Positions 48,517 through 58,435 of a DNA stretch of 64,000 nucleotides are shown here, piece by piece; position 1 is the first letter of the stretch; the number at the start of each line of letters is the position of its first letter. Source of the stretch: an uncultured Burkholderiales bacterium (GTDB taxonomy: Bacteria > Pseudomonadota > Gammaproteobacteria > Burkholderiales > Burkholderiaceae_C). The notes under the pieces were generated by a model. That model did not search any database. It was given only the letters and a program-made list of their open reading frames with translations, and was not told the origin of the DNA. The stretch is taken from contig CAISMH010000008.1 of NCBI GenBank assembly GCA_903886485.1, forward strand, positions 9,448 through 73,447, written 5' to 3'. A program made the position numbers and the translations under genes.

Positions 48517-50934
48517 TCACACCTGCGTGAGCTTGGCCACACTCAGCGCCAACCACTTGGTGCCGTGACGCGGGAAGTTCACTTGCGCACGGGCATCGTC
48601 GCCCACGCCCTCAATACTCACCACCGTGCCCTCACCAAACTTGGTGTGAAACACCTGCACACCGCTGCGCACCCATGCATTGGGGCCGCTGGTCACAGGC
48701 GCAGCGCGTTGCGGCACGGGCTTAGGTGCAACGGCCGTAGCCGCACCGCCACCCCAAGCGTTGTTTTGCCAGCCGTTGTTGTTTTGCCAAGCATCACGGC
48801 ACGTGGGCATCGCATCTGCAAACGCTGAACGTGCAGGTGTGATCCACTTCATCGTGTGCTCTGGCAACTCCTCAAAGAAACGGCTTTTCAGGTTGTAGCG
48901 CGTTTGGCCATGCAGCATGCGGGTTTGCGAATGGCTGAGGTACAAACGCTTGCGCGCCCGCGTGATGGCCACATACATGAGGCGGCGTTCTTCTTCAAGA
49001 CCATCAAAGTCGTTCATCGAGTTCTCGTGGGGGAACAAGCCCTCTTCCATGCCCGTGATGAACACACAATCAAACTCCAAACCTTTGGAGGCATGCACCG
49101 TCATCAGCTGAATCGCGTCTTGTCCCGCTTGCGCTTGGTTGTCACCCGACTCGAGCGCAGCGTGCGTAAGAAAAGCGGCCAAGGGCGACAAGGTTTCGCC
49201 AGTGTCGGCGTTGATCAGGGTTTGTGGTGTGGCAGGTGTGTTGCCGTTCGTGGCCACAGGCTCGCCGTGCTCGTCGATCGGCAAAGCCACGGCATCGCGG
49301 CCAAAGCCTTCTTGCGTGACAAAGCTCTCGGCAGCGTTGACCAATTCCTGCAAGTTTTCAATGCGGTCTTGGCCTTCGCGCTCACCTTGGTAATGCGTGA
49401 TCAAGCCTGAGTGATCGAGCAACAACTCAATGATTTGGCGCAAGTTTTGGCCTTGGGTTTGCTCGCGCAGCACATCAATCTTGGCCACAAAGGCGCTGAG
49501 GTTGGCCCCTGCTTTGCCTGCCACAGCGGTGACGGCATCGCTCATGGCGCAACCCATCGCACGCGAGGCATCTTGCAACTGCTCGATGCTGCGCGCGCCA
49601 ATGCCACGCGGCGGGAAATTGACCACGCGCATGAAGCTGGTGTCGTCGCGTGGGTTTTCGAGCAAACGCAAATAGGCCAAGGCGTGTTTGATTTCGGCGC
49701 GTTCAAAAAAGCGCAAACCGCCGTACACGCGGTAGGGCATGGCGGCGTTGAACAGCGCGGTTTCAATCACGCGGCTTTGGGCGTTGCTGCGGTAGAGCAC
49801 CGCAATTTCGCTGCGGTGTTGCACGCCATTGGCCCCATCACCATTTTGGCCATCGCGCAACAACTGCTTCATCTCTTCCACCATCCATAGCGCTTCGGCA
49901 AAGTCGGTGGGGGATTCATACACACGCACCGGCTCGCCCGCGCCCTGCGTGGTGTGCAGGTTTTTACCCAAGCGGCCTTTGTTGTGACTGATGAGGTGGT
50001 TGGCACTGTCCAAAATATTGCTGAAGCTGCGGTAGTTTTGCTCGAGCTTGATCTGGTGCGTCACGCTGTACTCGCGCACAAAGTCGGCCATGTTGCCCAC
50101 GCGGGCGCCACGAAACGCGTAAATGCTTTGGTCATCGTCGCCCACCGCCAAGATGGCACCGCCGCCTTGCCCCACAGGGCCTGCGAGTTGCTTCAGCCAT
50201 GCGTATTGCAGCTTGTTGGTGTCTTGAAACTCATCCACCAAGATGTGCTGAAAGCGACGGCGGTAGTGCTCGCGCAACGGGTCGTTGTCGCGCAGCAGCT
50301 CGTAGGAGCGCAGCATGAGTTCACCAAAGTCCACCACACCCTCGCGTTGGCATTGGGCTTCGTACAACTCGTACAGCTCGACGCGTTTGCGGTCGTCGGG
50401 GTCGCGGGCCACCACGTCTTTGGGACGCAAGCCGTCTTCTTTGCAACCCGCGATGAAGCGCATGGTTTCTTTGGGCGGAAAACGCTCGTCATCCACGTTG
50501 AACTGTTTGCTCAAACGCTTGATGGCACTGAGCTGGTCTTGGGTGTCCAAAATTTGAAACGACTGGGGCAAGTTGGCCAGTTTCCAGTGCGCGCGCAAAA
50601 AGCGGTTGCAGAGCCCGTGGAAGGTGCCGACCCACATGCCACGCACACTCACAGGCAGCATGGCCGACAAACGCGTCAGCATTTCTTTGGCCGCCTTGTT
50701 GGTAAACGTCACCGCCAAGATGCCACCCGGCGACACCTGCCCCGTTTGCATGAGCCACGCAATGCGCGTGGTCAGCACGCGAGTCTTGCCCGAGCCCGCG
50801 CCCGCCAAGATGAGTGCATGCGTTTGCGGCAAGGTCACTGCCGCCGCTTGCTCATTGTTGAGGCCTTGGAGCAAGGGGGATGTGTGGGGTGTGACCGAAG
50901 CCGGTTGGGTGTCAAACCCGTCAAAAGAATGCAT
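48517..50934 (-). CDS. uvrD: DNA helicase II UvrD
   Basis: AGAGSGKTRVLT, TFTNKAAKEM, VDEFQDTN, VGDDDQSIY, EQNYRS, MTVHASKGLEF, EEERRLMYVAITRA. Confidence 0.97.
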   Translation of the reverse strand: MHSFDGFDTQPASVTPHTSPLLQGLNNEQAAAVTLPQTHALILAGAGSGKTRVLTTRIAWLMQTGQVSPGGILAVTFTNKAAKEMLTRLSAMLPVSVRGMWVGTFHGLCNRFLRAHWKLANLPQSFQILDTQDQLSAIKRLSKQFNVDDERFPPKETMRFIAGCKEDGLRPKDVVARDPDDRKRVELYELYEAQCQREGVVDFGELMLRSYELLRDNDPLREHYRRRFQHILVDEFQDTNKLQYAWLKQLAGPVGQGGGAILAVGDDDQSIYAFRGARVGNMADFVREYSVTHQIKLEQNYRSFSNILDSANHLISHNKGRLGKNLHTTQGAGEPVRVYESPTDFAEALWMVEEMKQLLRDGQNGDGANGVQHRSEIAVLYRSNAQSRVIETALFNAAMPYRVYGGLRFFERAEIKHALAYLRLLENPRDDTSFMRVVNFPPRGIGARSIEQLQDASRAMGCAMSDAVTAVAGKAGANLSAFVAKIDVLREQTQGQNLRQIIELLLDHSGLITHYQGEREGQDRIENLQELVNAAESFVTQEGFGRDAVALPIDEHGEPVATNGNTPATPQTLINADTGETLSPLAAFLTHAALESGDNQAQAGQDAIQLMTVHASKGLEFDCVFITGMEEGLFPHENSMNDFDGLEEERRLMYVAITRARKRLYLSHSQTRMLHGQTRYNLKSRFFEELPEHTMKWITPARSAFADAMPTCRDAWQNNNGWQNNAWGGGAATAVAPKPVPQRAAPVTSGPNAWVRSGVQVFHTKFGEGTVVSIEGVGDDARAQVNFPRHGTKWLALSVAKLTQV

Positions 50935-50951
50935 GGGGCAATTTTAGGGTT

Positions 50952-51062
50952 TAGAATCAGCCACCGGGCCCAAGATTCTTGCGCTCGGTTTTAGTTCCGG
51001 CATCACAAACCCTTCGGGTAATTGTTAGCCTTCACTGAAACCTCTCTTCGAGAGGTTTTTTT
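50952..51062 (+). promoter_or_regulatory. guaC promoter and structured leader ending in an intrinsic terminator
   Basis: TAGAAT 50952-57; hairpin 50963-89; cUUCGg hairpin 51005-25; AAACCTCTC-ttc-GAGAGGTTT plus T-run 51038-62. Confidence 0.65.
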
Positions 51063-51125
51063 ACGAACTAATTCCGGCCAAGCCAAGCGCTCAATCTTCG
51101 AACGTTTTATTCTGGAGCTTGGGAA

Positions 51126-52103
51126 ATGGAAATATTTGATTACGACAACATCTTGTTGCTGCCACGCAAGTGCCGCGTGGAAAGTCGCTCAGAGTGCGAT
51201 GCAGGTGTTGAACTCGGTGGCCGCAAGTTTCGCTTGCCTGTTGTGCCTGCCAATATGAAAACCGTGGTGGATGAAAGCATCTGCTTGTGGATGGCGCAAA
51301 ACAATTACTTCTATGTCATGCACCGCTTCGATTTGGACAATGTCCAATTCGTGAAAGACATGCATGCCAAAGGTGTGTATGCGTCTATCTCTTTGGGCGT
51401 GAAAGCCCCAGACCGTGCCACAGTGGACACCCTCGCCGCAGCAGGCATGACGCCCGAATACATCACCATCGACATTGCACACGGCCACGCCGACAGCGTG
51501 CGCGACATGATTGGCTACATCAAGGCGAAGTTGCCTAAGAGCTTCATCATCGCAGGCAATGTGGCCACGCCTGAAGCCGTGATTGACTTGGAAAACTGGG
51601 GCGCGGACGCCACCAAAGTGGGTGTGGGTCCGGGCAAGGTTTGCATTACCAAACTCAAGACTGGTTTTGGCACTGGCGGTTGGCAGTTGTCGGCGGTGAA
51701 GTGGTGCGCGCGCGTGGCGACCAAGCCCATCATTGCCGACGGCGGCATTCGCAGCCACGGTGACATTGCCAAGAGCATCCGCTTTGGCGCGAGCATGGTG
51801 ATGATTGGCTCGCTGTTTGCAGGCCATGAAGAGTCGCCCGGCAAGACAGTGGAAGTGGACGGCGAGTTGTTCAAAGAGTATTACGGTTCGGCCTCTGACT
51901 TCAACAAAGGCGAATACAAGCACGTGGAAGGCAAACGCATTCTCGAGCCTGTCAAAGGCAAGCTCGCGGACACCTTGATTGAAATGGAACAAGATGTGCA
52001 AAGCTCCATCAGTTATGCCGGCGGCACCAAGCTGATGGATGTGCGCAAAGTGAACTACGTGACCTTGGGTGGCGACAACGCGGGCGAACATCTGTTGATG
52101 TAA
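51126..52103 (+). CDS. guaC: GMP reductase
   Basis: [58 protein letters not shown]. Confidence 0.96.
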   Translation: MEIFDYDNILLLPRKCRVESRSECDAGVELGGRKFRLPVVPANMKTVVDESICLWMAQNNYFYVMHRFDLDNVQFVKDMHAKGVYASISLGVKAPDRATVDTLAAAGMTPEYITIDIAHGHADSVRDMIGYIKAKLPKSFIIAGNVATPEAVIDLENWGADATKVGVGPGKVCITKLKTGFGTGGWQLSAVKWCARVATKPIIADGGIRSHGDIAKSIRFGASMVMIGSLFAGHEESPGKTVEVDGELFKEYYGSASDFNKGEYKHVEGKRILEPVKGKLADTLIEMEQDVQSSISYAGGTKLMDVRKVNYVTLGGDNAGEHLLM

Positions 52104-52119
52104 GCCGAGCGCTTTCATA

Positions 52120-52157
52120 AAAAAAGCCTGTCGTGCGGTAAACAAACAGGCTTTTTT
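52120..52157. terminator. Bidirectional intrinsic terminator
   Basis: AAAAAAGCCTGT ... ACAGGCTTTTTT. Confidence 0.85.
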
Positions 52158-52170
52158 GTGGCACCTTGTT

Positions 52171-53028
52171 TTATTGGCGCAGCAGCTCCAGCGCCAGCGT
52201 GTGAAGGCGACTGCCTGAGTGGGTCATCGACTCTACAATGCTGAAGTGCTGCAAGCCCTCCAACGATTCCGCCACAGGCACACGGTCTTTGCCCCACGAC
52301 TGCTGAATGAGGAAGTTGTGACGCAAAAACTCTTCGCTCTCAATGCCACCGGCCACGCTATAGAGCGTGCCCCGCTTGGGTGCTGGCATCCAGGCGGGGC
52401 TGTTGCGCAGCACCACGTCATCGCTCAAGCGCAAGCTGTCCTTGAGATACGGCGTGGCCTGCACAGACGCCAGCTCATACAAACCTGAAATCGACAAGGC
52501 TTTGGTCACCAAATTCGCGGGCAAATCGGGGGCATACGCGGCCCAGTCACAAGCGAGGAGCATGGTGACCAAATGCCCCCCAGCCGAGTGACCCACCAAG
52601 GTGATGCGACTAGGGTCACCGCCAAAACGATGGATGTTGCGCCACACCCAAGCGACGCACTTGACCATTTGCATCGTGATGTCAGACACCGTCACAGCTG
52701 GGCACAGCGCGTAGTTGGGCACCACCACATGCGCGCCTTGCGCCGTGAACGTGGGTGCGATGAAAGAATGGTCCGCCTTGTCGAGCGAGCGCCAATAACC
52801 CCCGTGGATGAAGACCACCACAGGCGCTTGATCTGAGGCAGTGTCGCTTGGAAAAATATCCAAGGTTTCATTCAAGCCACGGCCATAGGACACATCTTGA
52901 AAACAACGCTGTGTGGCACGTGCGTGGCTTGACGCCTGACGCCAGTACTCGAAGTGAGCGGCATGCTCGGGCACCAAGGCACGGTTGTTGTACATGCGGT
53001 CATACCAAGCGCCATCGCGTTGCGTCAT
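52171..53028 (-). CDS. Alpha/beta hydrolase (arylformamidase / HSL-like)
   Basis: YDRMYNNRALVP, FIHGGYWRSLDK, GHSAGGH, SISGLY, HFSIV. Confidence 0.88.
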   Translation of the reverse strand: MTQRDGAWYDRMYNNRALVPEHAAHFEYWRQASSHARATQRCFQDVSYGRGLNETLDIFPSDTASDQAPVVVFIHGGYWRSLDKADHSFIAPTFTAQGAHVVVPNYALCPAVTVSDITMQMVKCVAWVWRNIHRFGGDPSRITLVGHSAGGHLVTMLLACDWAAYAPDLPANLVTKALSISGLYELASVQATPYLKDSLRLSDDVVLRNSPAWMPAPKRGTLYSVAGGIESEEFLRHNFLIQQSWGKDRVPVAESLEGLQHFSIVESMTHSGSRLHTLALELLRQ

Positions 53029-55190
53029 AGTTTTTTCTCCAGAAGGATTTGTACATTGGTCCAGCTGCGGTTTTGGGTGTTGCTGGTTTCAAGCAAGCCT
53101 GCGCCAGTGTAGGTGCTGCCGGTGTTGTAGCTGCGTGGATCAAGGTTGCTCAAGGTCAAGCGCCAAGCGGTGCTGCCATCGACGCGCCACAAACCATACA
53201 CATCCATCACGCGTTTTTGCGACACCGTGAGCAACTGCTCCGTACTCATGCGGGTGCTGTAGCCGGGGTTGTAGTTGACATTGCCCCCCACAGTGAGCGG
53301 CACCACACGCAAGCGATAGTCCGCACCTAGGTTGGCGGTCATGTCCGGCTGTTGGTCTAGTCGGTTGTTCGGGCCATCAATGCTGAGAACACGTGAGCGG
53401 TAAAAGCTCACGTTGCTGCGCAAGTCCACACGGGGCGCGGTATCAATCCACTGATCCATGCGGAACTTGGCTTCTAGCTCGATGCCTTGGGTGATGGCTT
53501 CGCTGATGTTCTCAGGACGAGACAGCCAACGACCTTGCACGTCTTGCGCTGGGGCGACCAGCGTGTTTCGCACCAAATTTTGAACACGTCGGTGAAACAC
53601 AGCGGCGCTCAAGACGCCGCCTTGGGGTAAGTAGCGCTCAAGGGCCACATCCAAGCCTGTGGCAATTTCAGGTTTGAGGTTGGGGTTGCCAGACACGTCA
53701 GGGTTCGTGGCGCTGTTTTCAGCATCGCGGGTATAGGTACGGCGAGCCAAAAGAGTTGGCATGGAGGGTGTTTTAAAACTGCGTGTGAGGCTCGTGCGGA
53801 CTTGGTCACGGCTGTCTGGGTCGGGCCGCCACAGAGCGTGCAACAAGGGGGTGAAGACACTGTTGTGATTGGTGACATCGCCTTGTGCGTTGTTACCTGC
53901 CGTCGTCAGTGCCTCGTAACGTGCGCCCAAGTGTGTGGCCCAGTGAGGCGTGAGCTGCCACTCATCTTGCGAGTAGACGGCATAGCGCAGGGTGCTGGCT
54001 TTGTAGTCGGCATCACCTTGGGTGGTTTGATACGCCCCTGCGATGGCTTGTGTACGTTGCACGGATTCGACCTCTGTCCCACTGACCCACTGGTGGCCTC
54101 CGCCCATGATGTTGGTGTACTTGCCCCCCATGTTGGCGGATCGGTCTTGGACGTGAGAGTTGTCTGTGATGGAAGGCAGGTAGCTGCTCACGCTCGTGGC
54201 TGTTTGCTGGTACTGGTTGTGGCTGTTCCAACCGCCAGCGCTGAATTTCCACTCGACATTGCTGTCGGTCGACAGCTTGCGCTTCCATTGCCCGTTCAAT
54301 CGTGCGATGGCAAATGAATTTTTGTTCTCTGTGGCCGCCGCTGCAGGCGACATGTTTGGCAACGTTTGATCAATCTCAATCGCACCCGGTGATCTGCCTT
54401 GAGAGAGCGCCATAAAAGGCATCAGCGTGAGCGTCTCACCCGCGCCAGCTTTGAGTTGCATCCGTGACGTGACGTTCATGCCTTCACGGACATAGTGGCT
54501 GTCGGTGACACGATGGCGCTGCGTGGTGGCGCCATTCAGTGTTTGGGCGTAGTCGTTCTCACTGTGATCGGGGGCTGCATAACGGTTGACCGACAAGGTG
54601 TAGTTGGCAGTCCATTTCTCTGCGTCGTGGTACTTGACCAACGAGGCGGTGGGTGAGACGTAACCACCCTGAAATGAGGAGCCGACTTTGAGCTCCGTCG
54701 GCATGCCACGTCGCCCCTCACGCGTGATGATGTTGATGGTGCCTGCAATCGCTTGCGCCCCAGTTTCTGCGGTGGGCGCACGGTAAATTTCCACACGTTC
54801 AATCATCTCTGGGGTGAGTGATTCCACCGAAAAACCGGGCGGCACGCGCTCACCATCCAGCAAAATTTGTGTGTAGCCTTGACTCAGACCGCGCATACGA
54901 ATGCCGCTACCCCGCCCTGGCACGCCGCCCAACGTGATGCCAGGCATGCGCTTCAAAATTTCACCTAAGTTGGAGTCGCCTTGGCGTTCAATTTCTTCTC
55001 GACCGATCACAATTTTGCTGGCGGTTGATTCGCGTCGTTGCTGCGTGTCATTGTCACGACTGCTGGTGACTTCAATCCGACCCATATCCGACGTTTGAGC
55101 AGCAGGTGCGGTAGCTTGCTGTGCAAAAGCAGTCACGGCGCTCAAAGCAAAAGGGGTTAAAACCGAAAGCGCAATAAATTTAAGATGCAT
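53025..55190 (-). CDS. TonB-dependent outer membrane receptor
   Basis: Signal peptide; plug with LKRMPG, RMRGL, QILLDG, IERVEIYR, AIAGTINIITR; barrel with NPNLKPE. Confidence 0.92.
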   Translation of the reverse strand: MHLKFIALSVLTPFALSAVTAFAQQATAPAAQTSDMGRIEVTSSRDNDTQQRRESTASKIVIGREEIERQGDSNLGEILKRMPGITLGGVPGRGSGIRMRGLSQGYTQILLDGERVPPGFSVESLTPEMIERVEIYRAPTAETGAQAIAGTINIITREGRRGMPTELKVGSSFQGGYVSPTASLVKYHDAEKWTANYTLSVNRYAAPDHSENDYAQTLNGATTQRHRVTDSHYVREGMNVTSRMQLKAGAGETLTLMPFMALSQGRSPGAIEIDQTLPNMSPAAAATENKNSFAIARLNGQWKRKLSTDSNVEWKFSAGGWNSHNQYQQTATSVSSYLPSITDNSHVQDRSANMGGKYTNIMGGGHQWVSGTEVESVQRTQAIAGAYQTTQGDADYKASTLRYAVYSQDEWQLTPHWATHLGARYEALTTAGNNAQGDVTNHNSVFTPLLHALWRPDPDSRDQVRTSLTRSFKTPSMPTLLARRTYTRDAENSATNPDVSGNPNLKPEIATGLDVALERYLPQGGVLSAAVFHRRVQNLVRNTLVAPAQDVQGRWLSRPENISEAITQGIELEAKFRMDQWIDTAPRVDLRSNVSFYRSRVLSIDGPNNRLDQQPDMTANLGADYRLRVVPLTVGGNVNYNPGYSTRMSTEQLLTVSQKRVMDVYGLWRVDGSTAWRLTLSNLDPRSYNTGSTYTGAGLLETSNTQNRSWTNVQILLEKKL

Positions 55191-55261
55191 TAGGAAAAGT
55201 TTACCGAGGTATCCATACCCTTGCCGTGTAAAGTGCGGGTTTTATTTTTGACGCAGACGCC

Positions 55262-56005
55262 ATGAGCCAAACCAGCACGCCACACGCCTATGAAATCAAA
55301 AGTGCCTCCTTGCCCTTGGTGTCTTTTTTAATTAAAAATTCTGACACCTCAGCTTTGCAGGCCGATATGACACGCCGCTTGGGCGCAACCCCCGGTTTCT
55401 TTGACAACGACCCTGTCGTGATTGACCTCAGCAGCCTAGAAGACCCGCACAACTTGCTGGACCTCCCGTCGATTTGCCTCTTGTTGCGCACCCACCAAAT
55501 GCTGCCTGTGGCTGTGCGCGGTGCCAATGAACAGCAATTGGTCCAGGCACGCAAAGCAGGACTGTTTGAAGCTCGCGACCTGAGCATCCAAGCCCCAAGC
55601 GCACCCCGCGTTGAAACCGTGGTGCAAGAAGTGATCCGTGAGGTGGAAGTCGTGCGCGAAGTGCAAAGCGGCAGTGGCGCAGCAATGGTCATTGATAAGC
55701 CCCTGCGTTCAGGCCAACACGTGTATGCCAAAGGGCGGGACTTGATCGTGCTCGCCATGGTCAACCCCGGTGCAGAAATCATGGCCGATGGTCATATTCA
55801 TGTCTACGCCCCATTGCGTGGCAAGGCCATTGCCGGCGCTCGCGGTGATGAGCAAGCGCGGATCTTCACCTCATGCCTCGAAGCCGAGTTACTCTCGATT
55901 GCCGGAACCTACCGCACCAGCGACTCCCCATTACCTGCCGAGGTGGCCGGAAAACGGGCGCAAATTAGCCTTCAAGGTGATAAGTTGGTCATGCAGGCGC
56001 TGTAA
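55262..56005 (+). CDS. minC: Septum site-determining protein MinC
   Basis: PLRSGQHVYA, VNPGAEIMADGHIHVYAPLRGKAIAG. Confidence 0.96.
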   Translation: MSQTSTPHAYEIKSASLPLVSFLIKNSDTSALQADMTRRLGATPGFFDNDPVVIDLSSLEDPHNLLDLPSICLLLRTHQMLPVAVRGANEQQLVQARKAGLFEARDLSIQAPSAPRVETVVQEVIREVEVVREVQSGSGAAMVIDKPLRSGQHVYAKGRDLIVLAMVNPGAEIMADGHIHVYAPLRGKAIAGARGDEQARIFTSCLEAELLSIAGTYRTSDSPLPAEVAGKRAQISLQGDKLVMQAL

Positions 56006-56044
56006 AATTGCCAATTACTTTTAGAACTACTTAAGGCTTTCTAC

Positions 56045-56860
56045 ATGACAAAAATCGTGGTGGTGACTTCTGGCAAAGGCGGCGTAGGCAAGACCACGAC
56101 CAGCGCCAGTTTTTCCTCTGGCTTGGCTTTGCGCGGCTTTAAAACAGTGGTCATTGACTTTGATGTGGGTCTGCGTAACCTGGACCTCATCATGGGCTGC
56201 GAGCGTCGTGTGGTGTACGACTTCATCAACGTCATCAATGGCGAGGCCTCGCTGAACCAAGCACTGATCAAAGACAAGCAATGCGACAACTTGTTCGTGC
56301 TGGCGGCCTCACAAACACGCGACAAAGACGCCCTCACCAAAGAAGGTGTGGAACGTGTATTGAACGAACTCAAGGGAATGAAGTTCGATTACATCGTGTG
56401 CGACTCGCCTGCAGGTATTGAAGTCGGCGCCATGATGGCCATGCACTTTGCCGACGAAGCCTTGGTCGTCACGAACCCTGAAGTGTCCTCGGTGCGTGAC
56501 TCGGACCGTATCTTGGGCATGCTCAGCAGCAAGACACAACGTGCGATTGACGGCGACACACCGATCAAAGAGCACTTGCTGATCACGCGCTACAACCCAA
56601 GCCGCGTAGAAGAAGGCCACATGCTGTCTTTGGAAGATATTCAAGACATCTTGCGCATCCCATTGATCGGCGTGATTCCTGAATCAGAAACGGTACTCAC
56701 CGCTTCCAACCAAGGCTTGCCCGCTGTGCATTTGGAGAACACCGATGTGTCCGAAGCCTACAAAGACGTGATCAGTCGCTTCTTGGGTGAGGATGTTCCG
56801 ATGCGCTTCACAGAGCACGTCAAGCCAGGTTTGCTCCAACGCATTTTTGGTGGGAAGTAA
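56045..56860 (+). CDS. minD: Septum site-determining ATPase MinD
   Basis: [39 protein letters not shown]. Confidence 0.98.
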   Translation: MTKIVVVTSGKGGVGKTTTSASFSSGLALRGFKTVVIDFDVGLRNLDLIMGCERRVVYDFINVINGEASLNQALIKDKQCDNLFVLAASQTRDKDALTKEGVERVLNELKGMKFDYIVCDSPAGIEVGAMMAMHFADEALVVTNPEVSSVRDSDRILGMLSSKTQRAIDGDTPIKEHLLITRYNPSRVEEGHMLSLEDIQDILRIPLIGVIPESETVLTASNQGLPAVHLENTDVSEAYKDVISRFLGEDVPMRFTEHVKPGLLQRIFGGK

Positions 56861-56864
56861 GGAC

Positions 56865-57116
56865 ATGTCGTTGCTCTCTCTTTTACTTGGCGAGAAGAAA
56901 AAAACGGCCAATGTTGCGAAGGAACGTTTGCAGTTCATCCTGACGCATGAGCGCTCTGGTCGCAACGCGCAACCCGATTACTTACCCGCGCTTCAACGCG
57001 ACTTGGTGGCTGTGCTGTCCAAATACGTCAAGATCAATCCTGATGACATCAAAGTCAATCTGGAACGTCACGACAACCTCGAGGTGCTCGAAGTCAAAAT
57101 CGAACTCCCTGAGTAA
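56865..57116 (+). CDS. minE: Cell division topological specificity factor MinE
   Basis: True start MSLLS; [29 protein letters not shown]. Confidence 0.96.
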   Translation: MSLLSLLLGEKKKTANVAKERLQFILTHERSGRNAQPDYLPALQRDLVAVLSKYVKINPDDIKVNLERHDNLEVLEVKIELPE

Positions 57117-57132
57117 CGCCTTTAAAAAGCAC

Positions 57133-57170
57133 CCAAATAAAAAGCGACCCGAAGGTCGCTTTTTATTTGG
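57133..57170. terminator. Bidirectional intrinsic terminator
   Basis: Perfect 17-bp IR CCAAATAAAAAGCGACC-cgaa-GGTCGCTTTTTATTTGG. Confidence 0.9.
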
Positions 57171-57192
57171 CTTTCACAAGCAAGAGGTGGGG

Positions 57193-57363
57193 TTAACCGC
57201 CTTTGTTTGAACGCTTGCCAGGGTTCTTTTTGCTACGTGTCGCAACACCGCGCTCCAGACTCACACGTTGACCACGACCGCCTGTGCGAAGCACAGTGCC
57301 TGGCAGTGGGATTGGTTTTGGTGCGCGTTTGCGGTCGGCTTCAGTGACGATTTTGTTTCCCAT
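57193..57363 (-). CDS. Small basic protein of unknown function (about 56 aa)
   Basis: MGNKIVTEADRKR...RSKKNPGKRSNKGG; lies between a terminator and a divergent promoter. Confidence 0.6.
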   Translation of the reverse strand: MGNKIVTEADRKRAPKPIPLPGTVLRTGGRGQRVSLERGVATRSKKNPGKRSNKGG

Positions 57364-57461
57364 GAAATTTTCCAAGTAAAAAGTTACAGCCCCTAATTAG
57401 GCCACAGGTTCGGGGTATTTTCGCACGTAACCACCCATAATCTAGCGAAACAAGGTCATTT

Positions 57462-58061
57462 ATGAATCCAAAAATCAGTGAACTGCTCGCTCGTATCCAA
57501 CGCATGGAGTTGGAAATAGAGCAAGAGATGAAGCACCGACGCGCTGAATTACAAGCCGATTTTGAGCAAACACGCGTTCGTTTTGAGCACGAGGTGCTGG
57601 AGCAGCAACGCCGCTTTAAAACAGGCGTTGTGCAATACATGTTGTCGGCGAACCTGCTCAGTGTGGTGACTGCGCCCGTGATTTACGCCGTCTTGCTGCC
57701 GATGCTGGTGCTCGATTTGTTCATCACGGTGTACCAACACATTTGCTTCAGAGCCTATGGGATTGCGCGGGTCAAACGCAGTGATTATTTTGTGTATGAC
57801 CGTGCTCATCTGGCTTACTTGAACTTGATTGAAAAAATCAACTGTGCCTACTGCTCTTATGGCAACGGTCTGATGGCTTATGGCCGTGAAGTGGTCGCTC
57901 GAACCGAGCAATATTGGTGCCCGATCAAACACGCACGCAAAATCATGGCCGCACACCCCTACTACACAGGCTTCGTAGATTTTGGTGATGCTGAAAGCTA
58001 CCAACGCGAACTAGAACATCTGCGCAGCCAACTGACCGAATTGAATCAACCCGGCGAATAA
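57462..58061 (+). CDS. Conserved hypothetical membrane protein (coiled coil, TM segment, CxYC and YWCPIKH motifs)
   Basis: 199 aa; CATAAT -10 upstream; KINCAYCSYGNG and EQYWCPIKH. Confidence 0.8.
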   Translation: MNPKISELLARIQRMELEIEQEMKHRRAELQADFEQTRVRFEHEVLEQQRRFKTGVVQYMLSANLLSVVTAPVIYAVLLPMLVLDLFITVYQHICFRAYGIARVKRSDYFVYDRAHLAYLNLIEKINCAYCSYGNGLMAYGREVVARTEQYWCPIKHARKIMAAHPYYTGFVDFGDAESYQRELEHLRSQLTELNQPGE

Positions 58062-58074
58062 CCCACAAGCACAC

Positions 58075-58290
58075 ATGCCACTTACAAATATTGATGAACG
58101 CTTGATGAACTTGGAAATCAAAGCCAGCTTCACCGAAGACTTGGTCGAGCAACTCAACCAAATCATTTTTCGACAACAGCAACAAATTGATGCGCTACTG
58201 CGCGAAGTCAGCCAACTTCGCCAGCAAACACCAGATGGTGGCTCTGGTGGGTTTCAGAGTCTGCGTGACGAATTACCACCGCACTACTGA
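58075..58290 (+). CDS. slyX: SlyX family protein
   Basis: RLMNLEIKASFTEDLVEQLN...QQQQID and ELPPHY C-terminus. Confidence 0.93.
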   Translation: MPLTNIDERLMNLEIKASFTEDLVEQLNQIIFRQQQQIDALLREVSQLRQQTPDGGSGGFQSLRDELPPHY

Positions 58291-58435
58291 CCTATGCAAG
58301 AACTTTCGACAAACGATCTCGGCGAGCTGGCCCTGTGTCTGTTGTATCGGTTTAGCGCTTACGCCGTTATTAACTTGATTGATGATGCCGCCATGCTATC
58401 CATCGTGTTCATTTGAAATTTCAACAGGAGTATTC

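Noticed and set aside
58294-58416. 40-codon ORF between slyX and the isomerase
   Set aside because: No RBS or recognisable features; more likely promoter DNA
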